A stretch of 38,091 nt of DNA from positions 3,845 to 41,935 of the forward strand of contig JAHFCY010000002.1 of the NCBI GenBank assembly GCA_023249255.1, written 5' to 3'. The position numbers and the translations under genes are program-made. The notes beneath the pieces are model-generated. The model was given only the letters and a program-made list of their open reading frames with translations, was not told the origin of the DNA and did not search any database. Numbering within the stretch: position 1 is the stretch's first letter; each line of letters starts with the position of its first letter. Shown here piece after piece: positions 27,920 to 35,490 of this stretch. Source of the DNA: Candidatus Lindowiibacteriota bacterium. GTDB lineage: Bacteria; Lindowbacteria; 2-12-FULL-62-27.

Positions 27920-29338
27920 ATGGCAGAACCCGAGGGAGAAAAGGACCTGAAAAGTGAGAAAGAAGCGGGGGCGGACCGCCTTGACCTGAAAGTGATTGGG
28001 ATCGGTGGTGCCGGTGGTAATGCAATAAACCGTATGATTGATGTTGGAATTAGTGGTGTTGAATTCGTAGCTATGAATACGGATTCCCAAGTCTTGAAAA
28101 GCTGCCGAGCGCCGAACAGACTGCTCCTCGGCGAGAACCTGACGGGGGGACTCGGCGCCGGCGGAAAGCCCGAGATTGGTCGAAAGGCGGCGAATGAAGA
28201 TCGAGATGGCATTCTGGGTATGTTAGAGGGAGCCAAAATGATATTTCTCACCGCTGGTATGGGCGGAGGTACAGGAACGGGGGCAGCACCTGTGGTTGCT
28301 GAACTGTCCAAAGAACTGGGCATTCTGACGGTTGGTATCGTCACAAAGCCGTTTGCGTTCGAAGGCCCGGTGCGGCTCAGGAACGCCGAGGATGGCATCA
28401 TGGAACTCAAGGAGCACGTCGATACCCTCATCACTATTCCGAACGACAAGATCCTCGAAGTTTGCACAGAGAGGCTGTTCATCAACGATGCTTTTGCTCG
28501 CGTAGACGACACGCTCCGGCAGGCCATCCAGGGAGTTTCGTCCATCATTGCCGACGAGGGCGTCATCAACGTCGATTTTGCAGATATTAGGACTGTCATG
28601 GGCGAACGTGGAGAGGCGCTCATGGGCATAGGTCTAGCATCGGGCGAAAACCGTGCGAAAGTGGCGGTAATGCAGGCAATGCGCAATCCCCTTACGGAGA
28701 ATTTATCGATCACAGGAGCCAAGTCGGTTCTCCTCTGGATCCGCGGGGGGGTTGATTTCGAAATGCGGGAATTTAGCCAGATCGCGACGATGGTTCAAGA
28801 GGAGGCTGGTGGCGGAACCAACATAATCACCGGTTACAGTATCGACCAATCTCTAGTTGACCGTATTCAGGTTATCTTGATTGCATCGGGCATTCGAAAG
28901 TCGGCTGTAAAACAGAAGACCTATGCAAAGGACGAGGTGTCACAAATGCCTGCCATATCGTCCCCCGCTTGGAGAGTTGTGGCAGGCGGACGGATTGTTA
29001 GAACCGTCGTTTCTGGGATTGAAGGGAATCTGGTACTTCAAGAGGAGCAAGAGGAACTGGATATTCCCAGTTTCCTTCGGAGGGCAAAGCCAGGAAATAA
29101 GGGCTCGATAGCAGTAAGTACGTCTTATGACCTTGCAGATTTCCGGCGCGATCACGTCTGGATAATGGAAAATCGCCAGAGTCTGCCTGAGCGATACGAT
29201 GGGCAGTGGATAGCCGTCAAAAACGAGAAAGTCATTGCCCACTTCCAAGATTTGGACGCGTTGCTCTCCGCACTACCCAATGCCGCACATACTTGCATTG
29301 AACATCTCACGCGGGATGAGCCAGACGTGGTCCAATGA
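27920..29338 (+). CDS. ftsZ: FtsZ homolog (472 aa) with an additional C-terminal DUF5678-like domain
   Basis: LKVIGIGGAGGNAINRM, NTDSQVL, GGGTGTGAAPVVAELSKELGILTVGIVTKPFAFEG, and INVDFADIRTVM (T7 loop). GGAG lies about 8 nt upstream of the ATG at 27920. The conserved C-terminal peptide DIPSFLRR is at aa 381-388 (nt 29060-29083) and is not terminal. Confidence 0.92.
   Translation: MAEPEGEKDLKSEKEAGADRLDLKVIGIGGAGGNAINRMIDVGISGVEFVAMNTDSQVLKSCRAPNRLLLGENLTGGLGAGGKPEIGRKAANEDRDGILGMLEGAKMIFLTAGMGGGTGTGAAPVVAELSKELGILTVGIVTKPFAFEGPVRLRNAEDGIMELKEHVDTLITIPNDKILEVCTERLFINDAFARVDDTLRQAIQGVSSIIADEGVINVDFADIRTVMGERGEALMGIGLASGENRAKVAVMQAMRNPLTENLSITGAKSVLLWIRGGVDFEMREFSQIATMVQEEAGGGTNIITGYSIDQSLVDRIQVILIASGIRKSAVKQKTYAKDEVSQMPAISSPAWRVVAGGRIVRTVVSGIEGNLVLQEEQEELDIPSFLRRAKPGNKGSIAVSTSYDLADFRRDHVWIMENRQSLPERYDGQWIAVKNEKVIAHFQDLDALLSALPNAAHTCIEHLTRDEPDVVQ
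29084..29335 (+). other. 84-aa extension after the FtsZ C-terminal peptide; DUF5678-like
   Basis: DHVWIMENRQSLPERYDGQWIAVKNEKVIAHFQDLDALLSAL fits the ..Y.GkWVA[IV]..g.V[IV]...d...l pattern of small DUF5678-type proteins. The family name is from memory. Confidence 0.5.
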
Positions 29339-29769
29339 AACTTCCTGGTTTCTATCAAGGGGCCAAACCTTGTGTCTTCGCCGTGGTGAGGGGCGGCAAT
29401 TCTCTGCATTCGTTTTCGGGCTATGTTCGGTTTGTGATAGATACGGCGGCGGTTCGGACAACACTTTTGGATGCTGATGCGCGGCGTCTGCGAATACCCG
29501 AGGAACTACTAAACCCGAGGGATAAGCTCGTTGGGCTTGGCGGTGCCGTCAGAACCTTTCTTATAGATAAGGCAGAGTTAATATTCGAATCCGCCGATGA
29601 AGATTTTTCCGTGTCCATGGCAATTTGTGTGACGCGCCACGATCTGGATGGAATGCCAACCGATGATAGAGCCAAGGTCGCCGCGCTTGCCTCGGTTCTT
29701 GGCTTGGACTTCATCAACAAGTTCAAACTGCTCTGTGAATATAGAAAAGACGTTGTGCGAATGGAATAG
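29335..29769 (+). CDS. Retropepsin-like (clan AA aspartic protease fold) protein with a DTA in place of the catalytic DTG
   Basis: The start overlaps the ftsZ stop (ATGA). GYVRFVIDTAAVRTTLLDADARRLRI and SVLGLDFINKFKLLCEY match the v.vDTGA..t.l....a..lgl and ilGmDfL..f.l..dy blocks. D-T-A-A is encoded at 29440-29451. Confidence 0.6.
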   Translation: MKLPGFYQGAKPCVFAVVRGGNSLHSFSGYVRFVIDTAAVRTTLLDADARRLRIPEELLNPRDKLVGLGGAVRTFLIDKAELIFESADEDFSVSMAICVTRHDLDGMPTDDRAKVAALASVLGLDFINKFKLLCEYRKDVVRME

Positions 29770-29834
29770 AGTGATGTCTCTGTTGCGTGTTAATCACTTG
29801 GTCGGCAGTCATTAACTTGAGGAGGGTTTCGACC

Positions 29835-30443
29835 ATGCTCGACAAGATAAAGGAATGGGATCCGAAGTTGGGGCAAATAATCAGTTGGTTTCTATTTTTA
29901 GTTACAATTTCGTCATTCCATTATTGCGTCGGGTATTACACGCCTTTTGGAATTGCTATTGGTAATTTCTTCTCCCCGTCGGACTACTGTTTCAATAAGT
30001 TGACATCCGTGGTCGGTCAGAACGTGGTTGTATTCATCGTGCTCCTTGTCGCCGCGATTCTTTGTGATGCTTTGAGGAAGTGGCACCCGTCTTTTCTTAA
30101 CGAAGGAACCTTCACTGCGGCCCGCTTGTTACTCCTTATATTGGCCGCCATGGGATTGGCGATGTTCTATTTATATGAAGGGCACGAGGCCGGCGTGGGC
30201 GCGAAAATGCAGCCCCATTCCGTTATTCGTTTGACTTCTCAGGATACACCGCTGAATGCAGTCATCATTGGAGCTTCGAGTAACTACCTATATCTATTGG
30301 AAGTTTCGGATTCTCATACCATCGTAATCCCCCTCTCCTATGTGATGCGCATTGAGACACCGCAAACATTCGTTGTAGCCGCTCGCGGGCGGGACGCAAG
30401 GGGAATGACCGATACTGGTCCGACGCGTTCTACGAATGAGTGA
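29835..30443 (+). CDS. Integral membrane protein (3-4 TM) with a small C-terminal soluble domain
   Basis: ATG at 29835, preceded by GAGGAGGG about 8 nt upstream (the track ORF starts at a GTG at 29787). TM segments IISWFLFLVTISSF, VVVFIVLLVAAILC and LLLLILAAMGLAMFYL. Confidence 0.65.
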   Translation: MLDKIKEWDPKLGQIISWFLFLVTISSFHYCVGYYTPFGIAIGNFFSPSDYCFNKLTSVVGQNVVVFIVLLVAAILCDALRKWHPSFLNEGTFTAARLLLLILAAMGLAMFYLYEGHEAGVGAKMQPHSVIRLTSQDTPLNAVIIGASSNYLYLLEVSDSHTIVIPLSYVMRIETPQTFVVAARGRDARGMTDTGPTRSTNE

Positions 30444-30660
30444 ATTCTGTTTTGACCGTTACGGAAATACTGCCAACCGGAAGATCTGAATGTGGCGGCG
30501 GTCAAATTGTCCGACGAGACCGAACTCTGCGAGGGTTGCGGGCAGTTCAAACAAATCGTCGAGGAAGTGGCCGAACCGAGGAAGAGGGGTGATCACAATA
30601 GATTCGATTTGGAACGCCGCCCCCTACTCAATCGGATGATCCCATGGGTGTGCTGGATTT

Positions 30661-31185
30661 ATGAATGATTCTGAAATTCGTTCCTACATCGAGCGCGACC
30701 TCAATTCTCTCCTCGACGAATTCTGCAATTCGGACAGATGGTTTTTGCACCGTCAGATATTGATGGCACGGCGAGATCGGAAGCCAGAAGACATGCTTAC
30801 GTATCTTACTTTCCAGACAAAGCGTCGGTCTAACTGGCGTGATGTATTCCCGGATTGGTTCACGGCCAACGCCGCACGTATCCATGAACTCGTGTGTGTG
30901 AAATGGCAGTATTGCATCAAACGGGAGGAAGGCCGCTTCAACGACCAAGTATCCTTCGTGGCCAGCCTTTCGGATGTGGTCGCGGTTCTTACCATGGGTG
31001 TTCCCCCGGTACTTCTTGCAACCATTCTACTCAAGCTTGGCCTTGATAAATTCTGTGGGTGTACCGACACGGCGACCGGCGCTGTCACTGAATACTCTTG
31101 TGGCCATATTACCAAGTCCGGCAGAGCGTGTTCCCGGCGTGTTGGGTCCAGGGGGATACACTGTTTCCAGCACAAAAAATCGTGA
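30661..31185 (+). CDS. Hypothetical protein with a Cys/His-rich C-terminal tail (possible zinc-binding)
   Basis: Track ORF. Tail CGCTDTATGAVTEYSCGHITKSGRACSRRVGSRGIHCFQH. Confidence 0.5.
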   Translation: MNDSEIRSYIERDLNSLLDEFCNSDRWFLHRQILMARRDRKPEDMLTYLTFQTKRRSNWRDVFPDWFTANAARIHELVCVKWQYCIKREEGRFNDQVSFVASLSDVVAVLTMGVPPVLLATILLKLGLDKFCGCTDTATGAVTEYSCGHITKSGRACSRRVGSRGIHCFQHKKS

Positions 31186-31258
31186 GGATGCCAACATGGG
31201 TGGCGGAAGCAATAAGGTAGAAATGGCTCCTACCCTTGACCTCCGGCAGTGATATTGT

Positions 31259-32113
31259 ATGAAATTGACATATCTATTCGACACATCGGCAATGCGTGGG
31301 GCATCGGTTCAGACGATCGAAAATTTGCAACGGCGCAATTATTACCTGTGCGTGTCTCCGTACTCATTTTGGGAAACGCTTTGCCATCTTGACGAAGGCG
31401 ATTTCGGCCGTTCAAAGGGCCAATTGCTGAAATTCGACCGCGTTGGAATTCTGGACGACCCCCGCGCGGAAATTGAAGCCCCTATATGCAACGCCGATCC
31501 CGATCTCGAAGACCGGTCGCCCGACGGCCATCTGATTAAAGCGGTACTTGTTTCGTTGAGGACATCAGTATCTCTTCGTGCCTTTTACTCTTCCAATATA
31601 CAGGATTCGAAGGGCAGAATGCGTCAGATTTCCGGAATCGCGGACAGGGTGCGTGCCGCCTTGGACGAGGAAGAGAGAAGATACATCAGAATGACCAATG
31701 ATATTGTTCAGGCGCTGGCCTCCGGGACTGTTGCGCACGAAACTGACAGACATCGTCACCGGGCCATATTAGATTTAGTAGAAGGATATGTGATTCAGTT
31801 ATCCCAGCGTGGCGCCTCCGAAATAGGGCTACGAGCTCGTCTCATCAATGATTCTTACATTCACTATGCCTACATTTTTATTCGGGCGTTGAAACTCTTT
31901 CAGTTCCGTAATACTCAACTTTCCAGAAATGATTATGAGGACGGTAGAATATGCCTCCATTTAAAATTGAATGTGCCATACTGTCTTGTCACGGCCGATA
32001 AAAGACAGAAGGAAACGATTGAGGAAATAATTGCGATTGTACGCCGACTCGACGATCCCCAATTCCAAATTATCCCCACGGTCACACATTTAGATTCACT
32101 ACGAGGAGCATGA
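31259..32113 (+). CDS. PIN-like nuclease-fold protein with a large internal insert (284 aa)
   Basis: N-terminal YLFDTSA (first acidic residue of the PIN fold), then SPYSFWETL, and near the C-terminus NDYEDGRICLHL...YCLVTADKRQ (distal acidic residues in a ..lvT.D context). Recognised by pattern only. Confidence 0.5.
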   Translation: MKLTYLFDTSAMRGASVQTIENLQRRNYYLCVSPYSFWETLCHLDEGDFGRSKGQLLKFDRVGILDDPRAEIEAPICNADPDLEDRSPDGHLIKAVLVSLRTSVSLRAFYSSNIQDSKGRMRQISGIADRVRAALDEEERRYIRMTNDIVQALASGTVAHETDRHRHRAILDLVEGYVIQLSQRGASEIGLRARLINDSYIHYAYIFIRALKLFQFRNTQLSRNDYEDGRICLHLKLNVPYCLVTADKRQKETIEEIIAIVRRLDDPQFQIIPTVTHLDSLRGA

Positions 32114-32246
32114 TCAACGTGCCGACGCTTCCTTTTTTACGTGGTTACGCATGGAAAACGAGATAAACTGGGGATTGTTATCCTTAATACCATACATAAG
32201 AGAGGTCGCGGCCCGGTGGTCATCCTGACCTCCGGCATATTACATC

Positions 32247-32507
32247 TCACTTCAACTCCCTCAGCCCCAATTCATCCAGCACCCACGAAATGTCGATGGT
32301 AAATCCCTTGTCCTTGAACTGCCCCTCAAGCCCGTGGAGATGGTCCTTCATGAGTTCGATCAGTCGTGGCCGCATCTTGGGATCCTCTATGAAAAAAGAA
32401 GTCAAGGGTAGACTTTCCCCGTCAGCCGAAGGCTGAAGATGCGCTGCTTCGGCGGATATGATGTGTGGATCAGACGAAACGTTTTGACACCTCGTGGATT
32501 GTCCCAT
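32247..32507 (-). CDS. Hypothetical ORF (86 aa), possibly the 3' remnant of a gene interrupted by the IS
   Basis: Track ORF. The C-terminal two thirds read like real protein (FFIEDPKMRPRLIELMKDHLHGLEGQFKDKGFTIDISWVLDELGL). The 5' end abuts the structured IS flank. Confidence 0.3.
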   Translation of the reverse strand: MGQSTRCQNVSSDPHIISAEAAHLQPSADGESLPLTSFFIEDPKMRPRLIELMKDHLHGLEGQFKDKGFTIDISWVLDELGLRELK

Positions 32508-32519
32508 TACCGTATGCGT

Positions 32520-32804
32520 TCACGACCGATGCTGACCTGGTTCCCGAATCCTTCCCACAGGGTTCGACTACTCCTCTATCCGAGACTCGCGACCGCCTCG
32601 ACGCCCCCTTGAAGAGGGCGGCGAGGGGCTGCGGTCTATGGGAACAACGGGTCTGAGGGGTCGAGCGGCCAACCCCGGCGAGAGACTGAACCCAGCGTGG
32701 GAACGTCTAGAACCCCTAATCGGACCTTGTGCTCGACCGACCGTCGGGAACCGAAACCGTCGTGAGAACGGATGCGGCATGGGAAAAGCCCTTCGGTGTT
32801 TTCC
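32520..32804 (-). ncRNA. Candidate IS110/IS1111-type bridge (seek) RNA in the 3' flank of the transposase gene
   Basis: A non-coding, GC-rich stretch. It has an 8-bp long-range stem between ggtcgagc (~32660) and gctcgacc (~32731), and an extended imperfect hairpin cgcctcgacgccccct-tgaag-agggcggcgagg at ~32595-32617. No covariation analysis is possible from this window. Confidence 0.35.
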
Positions 32805-33869
32805 TCAGACTCGTTGAGTATGTGTCAGGAATCGATCCGGATCGAACGCCTCCTTTCGCTTCCACATCGCCCAGACCGTTGTGAGGATTTTGCGTTGAGT
32901 CGTCAGGCGCGCGTGGACGGGATTGAGGTTGCGTTTGCGCAGGTCGAGATAATAGTGCGCGACGGCATTTTTGCCGGAGTTACGTTTCATCGCCCCGATG
33001 AATGCCCGGCGCGTCGCGGATTTCAGTACGCCGAGTCCCTGCCGGGAGAGATGCCGGCGACCGAGCTGCTTGCCGGCGGACGACCGATCAACGACGCCCA
33101 GCCGGCCATAGCTACAGAGTTGGGATTTGTGTTGGAAGCGATCCGGCGTTTGGATGTAGGCCGAAAACTCGCAGGCGGTGATGATGCCGATGCCGGGGAT
33201 GGTCCGGAACCGGCCGACCTCCTCGAAGGCACGGCTCATCTTATGGACGTGGCTGAGAATCTCCTTGCGAGCGGCCATGAGTTCATCCAACACGCGATAC
33301 CATGCGCGGAGGCGCACCTGAGCCACGTCGGGAAGAGCCTCCATCGCCCCTTCGCGTCGCTGCGGGTGATAGATCTGCGTGGCCGACGGGTCGACGCCGT
33401 ATTGGTTGTAAGATTTTCGGACGCGGTTCTTCATTTTGACGATTTCACGAACAATCGTCTCGTATTGCTGGACGGCTCGCCGGAATGCGACACGTGCGGG
33501 GTCGATGGAGTGATAGACCTCGACGATGGCGCCGATGCGGAAAAGGTTTGCAAGTTTGTAGGCGTCGACGGGGTCGCTTTTGGTGTCCGCCTCGGCGATG
33601 AGGCGGTTGCGTCTGGGGTCGACGGAGATGATGCGGTCTACCAGGGGCGTCAACTGTTCGACGAACCATTGCGCCATCGCCGATTCCTCGATGACGAGGG
33701 TCACCGGCGCCGGAAATACGCCGATGGCTTTCTTGAGCGCATCAATTTTGGTGGGCAAGTCGCGGAACCGGCGAATCAACGTGCCGCCCCTGTCCATTCC
33801 GCACAAGTCACACGTTCTGAGATGGCCGTCCATTCCGATGATGGTTCCTGTTGCCTTGTCTATCGTCAT
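32805..33869 (-). CDS. IS110-family (DEDD) transposase/recombinase
   Basis: ATG at 33869 preceded by AGGAGG. N-terminal IIGMDGH...LVIEES...DPVDAYKLA (DEDD domain). C-terminal FRTIPGIGIITACEFSAYIQTPDRFQHKSQLCSYGRLGVVDRSSAGK (Transposase_20-type helix-hairpin-helix). Confidence 0.9.
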   Translation of the reverse strand: MTIDKATGTIIGMDGHLRTCDLCGMDRGGTLIRRFRDLPTKIDALKKAIGVFPAPVTLVIEESAMAQWFVEQLTPLVDRIISVDPRRNRLIAEADTKSDPVDAYKLANLFRIGAIVEVYHSIDPARVAFRRAVQQYETIVREIVKMKNRVRKSYNQYGVDPSATQIYHPQRREGAMEALPDVAQVRLRAWYRVLDELMAARKEILSHVHKMSRAFEEVGRFRTIPGIGIITACEFSAYIQTPDRFQHKSQLCSYGRLGVVDRSSAGKQLGRRHLSRQGLGVLKSATRRAFIGAMKRNSGKNAVAHYYLDLRKRNLNPVHARLTTQRKILTTVWAMWKRKEAFDPDRFLTHTQRV

Positions 33870-34048
33870 TGCGGACCTCCTGTTGTTGGGATATGGTGGC
33901 TCTTCAAATGAGCACCGGCACACACTATCTCAACAGCATATCCGCTTTTCTTATTACCCCGGCCGCCTGACGCGGCGTCCAGTTATCGATCGCCGGCACC
34001 GGCTCATCCATAAATTTGGTGAACACCCAAACCAGAGAGGGGCAAAAT

Positions 34049-34318
34049 ATGCTGTTCTTTGCTCGACCGACTCGCGTGGAGACCGAAATTTTAAGGATAT
34101 TAGAGGATGGGGATTTGACGGGATATGAAATCTGTCGGAGACTCCGGGAGGTGGATCCCTATGCGCTCATGATGGGGGAGGGTCTGCTGTATCCAATCCT
34201 TCAGCACATGGTGCATCGGAAGTTTATTTATGGAGAATGGAGAATAAATGAGAGAGGGAGGAAACGCAGATACTACAAGCTGACAAAATGCGGGCTAGAA
34301 AAAATTAAAACGCCGTAG
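34049..34318 (+). CDS. PadR-family transcriptional regulator (89 aa)
   Basis: MLFFARPTRVETEILRILEDGDLTGYEICRRL...GEGLLYPILQHMVHRKFIYGEW....RKRRYYKLTKCG is the PadR winged-helix pattern. The ATG at 34049 corresponds to the copy-1 start. Confidence 0.8.
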   Translation: MLFFARPTRVETEILRILEDGDLTGYEICRRLREVDPYALMMGEGLLYPILQHMVHRKFIYGEWRINERGRKRRYYKLTKCGLEKIKTP

Positions 34319-34405
34319 CAACTTACGGGTCTTGGCACTGTCTGTCCTCCCGGATCACTTCTCCTGTTGCATAGAGGGGGCTATTCCAAATAGGAGGACG
34401 GACAA

Positions 34406-34444
34406 ATGGCCCCCGCATTATTTTTTGATCGTGTTTTTATTTAA
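34406..34444 (+). promoter_or_regulatory. Conserved 12-codon leader uORF (MAPALFFDRVFI) with a perfect Shine-Dalgarno sequence
   Basis: AGGAGGacggacaaATG ... tttatttaa. Same length and position as in copy 1. Confidence 0.4.
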
Positions 34445-34470
34445 CGCCGACAGCGCATGTTGCCGATCTG

Positions 34471-35034
34471 ATGAGCCGCCGAACGGTCCCAATCCACATG
34501 TTCTTGAAAAATTGCGTCTCCGAGCTATCTCCCGCAGTCGAGGCGTTGGCCATTTCGCCGAAGATATTGAATGGCGAGCGCCCCCCGACCGTCGCGGAAC
34601 TCGTGACGAGATTCCCTCCGATGCGCGTTGTTCTCGAATTTCCAGATCGGACCGGAAGATATTTCCTCCGCCTCATCCAGCGCTTGGAGGCACTTGGGCC
34701 AGAAATTCCGAAGGGTAAGATGATGAGAGAGGCTGCGCTTGTTGTTGACGCCATTGATGACCGCGCGGATACGATTATTTTGTCCGGCATGGCGGATGAA
34801 TATAAGGTGGCGATCCGTGCTTTGACGCAGAAATGTCGAACGATGACTCAGTCCGCACGCAAAGATCGCGCGCCCCAGCGCCCCAAGAAATTTGCCCCGA
34901 AAAAGAAAGACATCCTCAAAGGCGGCGGTCAAGTAAATCCAGAGGCGAACAAGAGGGCGGACATCATCCGATCCCGCGCCGCGCGAACGGGACGTTTCGA
35001 AAAGTTGTTTGACGACGACGATTCGGCGGCGTGA
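34471..35034 (+). CDS. Hypothetical protein (187 aa) with a basic tail, partner of PadR
   Basis: Track ORF. Full-length paralog of 26494-26973. There is no SD upstream of its ATG, which lies 26 nt after the uORF stop. Confidence 0.55.
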   Translation: MSRRTVPIHMFLKNCVSELSPAVEALAISPKILNGERPPTVAELVTRFPPMRVVLEFPDRTGRYFLRLIQRLEALGPEIPKGKMMREAALVVDAIDDRADTIILSGMADEYKVAIRALTQKCRTMTQSARKDRAPQRPKKFAPKKKDILKGGGQVNPEANKRADIIRSRAARTGRFEKLFDDDDSAA

Positions 35035-35238
35035 CGGGAGTGTCGAAATAAAATACACGTCCACTTACGAATGAAACTTGGTGCCAAAATAGTGCCAAGT
35101 CTGCGGTTAAATCCGCTGAATTCGCGTGAGTGCCCGTGAAGCGGACGGGACGGTATAATTTTTCTGTAACTGGTTGGAAGTTGCGTAAATACATGTATAA
35201 AGAGTGGGATGCGAGCGGGATGTATCAGAGGGTAGGTA

Positions 35239-35282
35239 TCGGCTTAGAAGGCCGATGCTCTATCCAACTGAGCTACGGGCGC
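35239..35282 (-). tRNA. 5' fragment (positions 1-43) of tRNA-Arg(UCU); T arm and 3' acceptor strand are absent
   Basis: The minus strand reads GCGCCCG-UA-GCUC-AGUUGGAUA-GAGC-A-UCGGC-CUUCUAA-GCCGA, with anticodon UCU at 35246-35248. The following sequence, UACCUACCCUCUGAUACAUCCCGCUCGC, has no GTTCGAAT-like T loop and no CGGGCGC. Confidence 0.7.
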
Positions 35283-35334
35283 CCAATTGATACTGAATAT
35301 GTTACACAATTATTCGGAAAATCCAAATTCAACT

Positions 35335-35356
35335 TGTACCGGATTTGTACCAGATT
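35335..35356 (+). repeat. Tandem 11-bp direct repeat TTGTACC(G/A)GAT x2 in the AT-rich spacer between the tRNA fragment and the recombinase gene
   Basis: ttgtaccggat ttgtaccagat, followed by a partial ttgga. The position is typical of recombinase or directionality-factor arm sites, but that function is only inferred. Confidence 0.45.
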
Positions 35357-35490
35357 TGGAAGTCGAGTTTTCCACAATAATCTCATGATGAGGGAATCCT
35401 ACCATGATTGGGAGGGACCGGCGATAATGAAAATCCAAACCCGCCCAGCCCAAGTGTCGACTTTGACATTATCGAGGGAGGTGATGGCCT

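Larger units (their letters stand above)
32510..34030 (-). mobile_element. IS110-family insertion sequence (ends approximate)
   Basis: A single DEDD-type transposase gene with ~290 nt of non-coding DNA on its 3' side and ~160 nt on its 5' side. No terminal inverted repeats were seen, as is usual for this family. It lies between island cargo and PadR copy 2. Confidence 0.7.
34035..34935 (+). repeat. Direct repeat copy 2 (intact) of the PadR + leader + unknown-gene cassette
   Basis: See copy 1 at 26055-26915. Confidence 0.85.

Noticed and set aside
27658-28722. 354-aa minus-strand ORF
   Set aside because: It is antisense to the FtsZ gene, whose sense-frame motifs are unambiguous. The translation is Ser/Pro/Ala-rich.
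30436-30667. Two short overlapping ORFs between the membrane-protein gene and the next gene. They are MSEFCFDRYGNTANRKI, and a 58-aa GTG-start ORF containing CEGCG. Together they might be a frameshifted zinc-ribbon gene.
   Set aside because: Each has only one Cys pair, there is no SD, both are below the size at which I can judge coding potential, and joining them needs an ad hoc frameshift. Noted but not annotated.
32772-33911. 379-aa plus-strand ORF
   Set aside because: It is antisense to the IS110-family transposase. The minus frame has the DEDD and helix-hairpin-helix motifs and a perfect SD.
35190-35290. A complete tRNA gene
   Set aside because: Only positions 1-43 fold. No T arm, 3' acceptor strand or CCA can be found downstream, so it is reported as a 5' fragment only.
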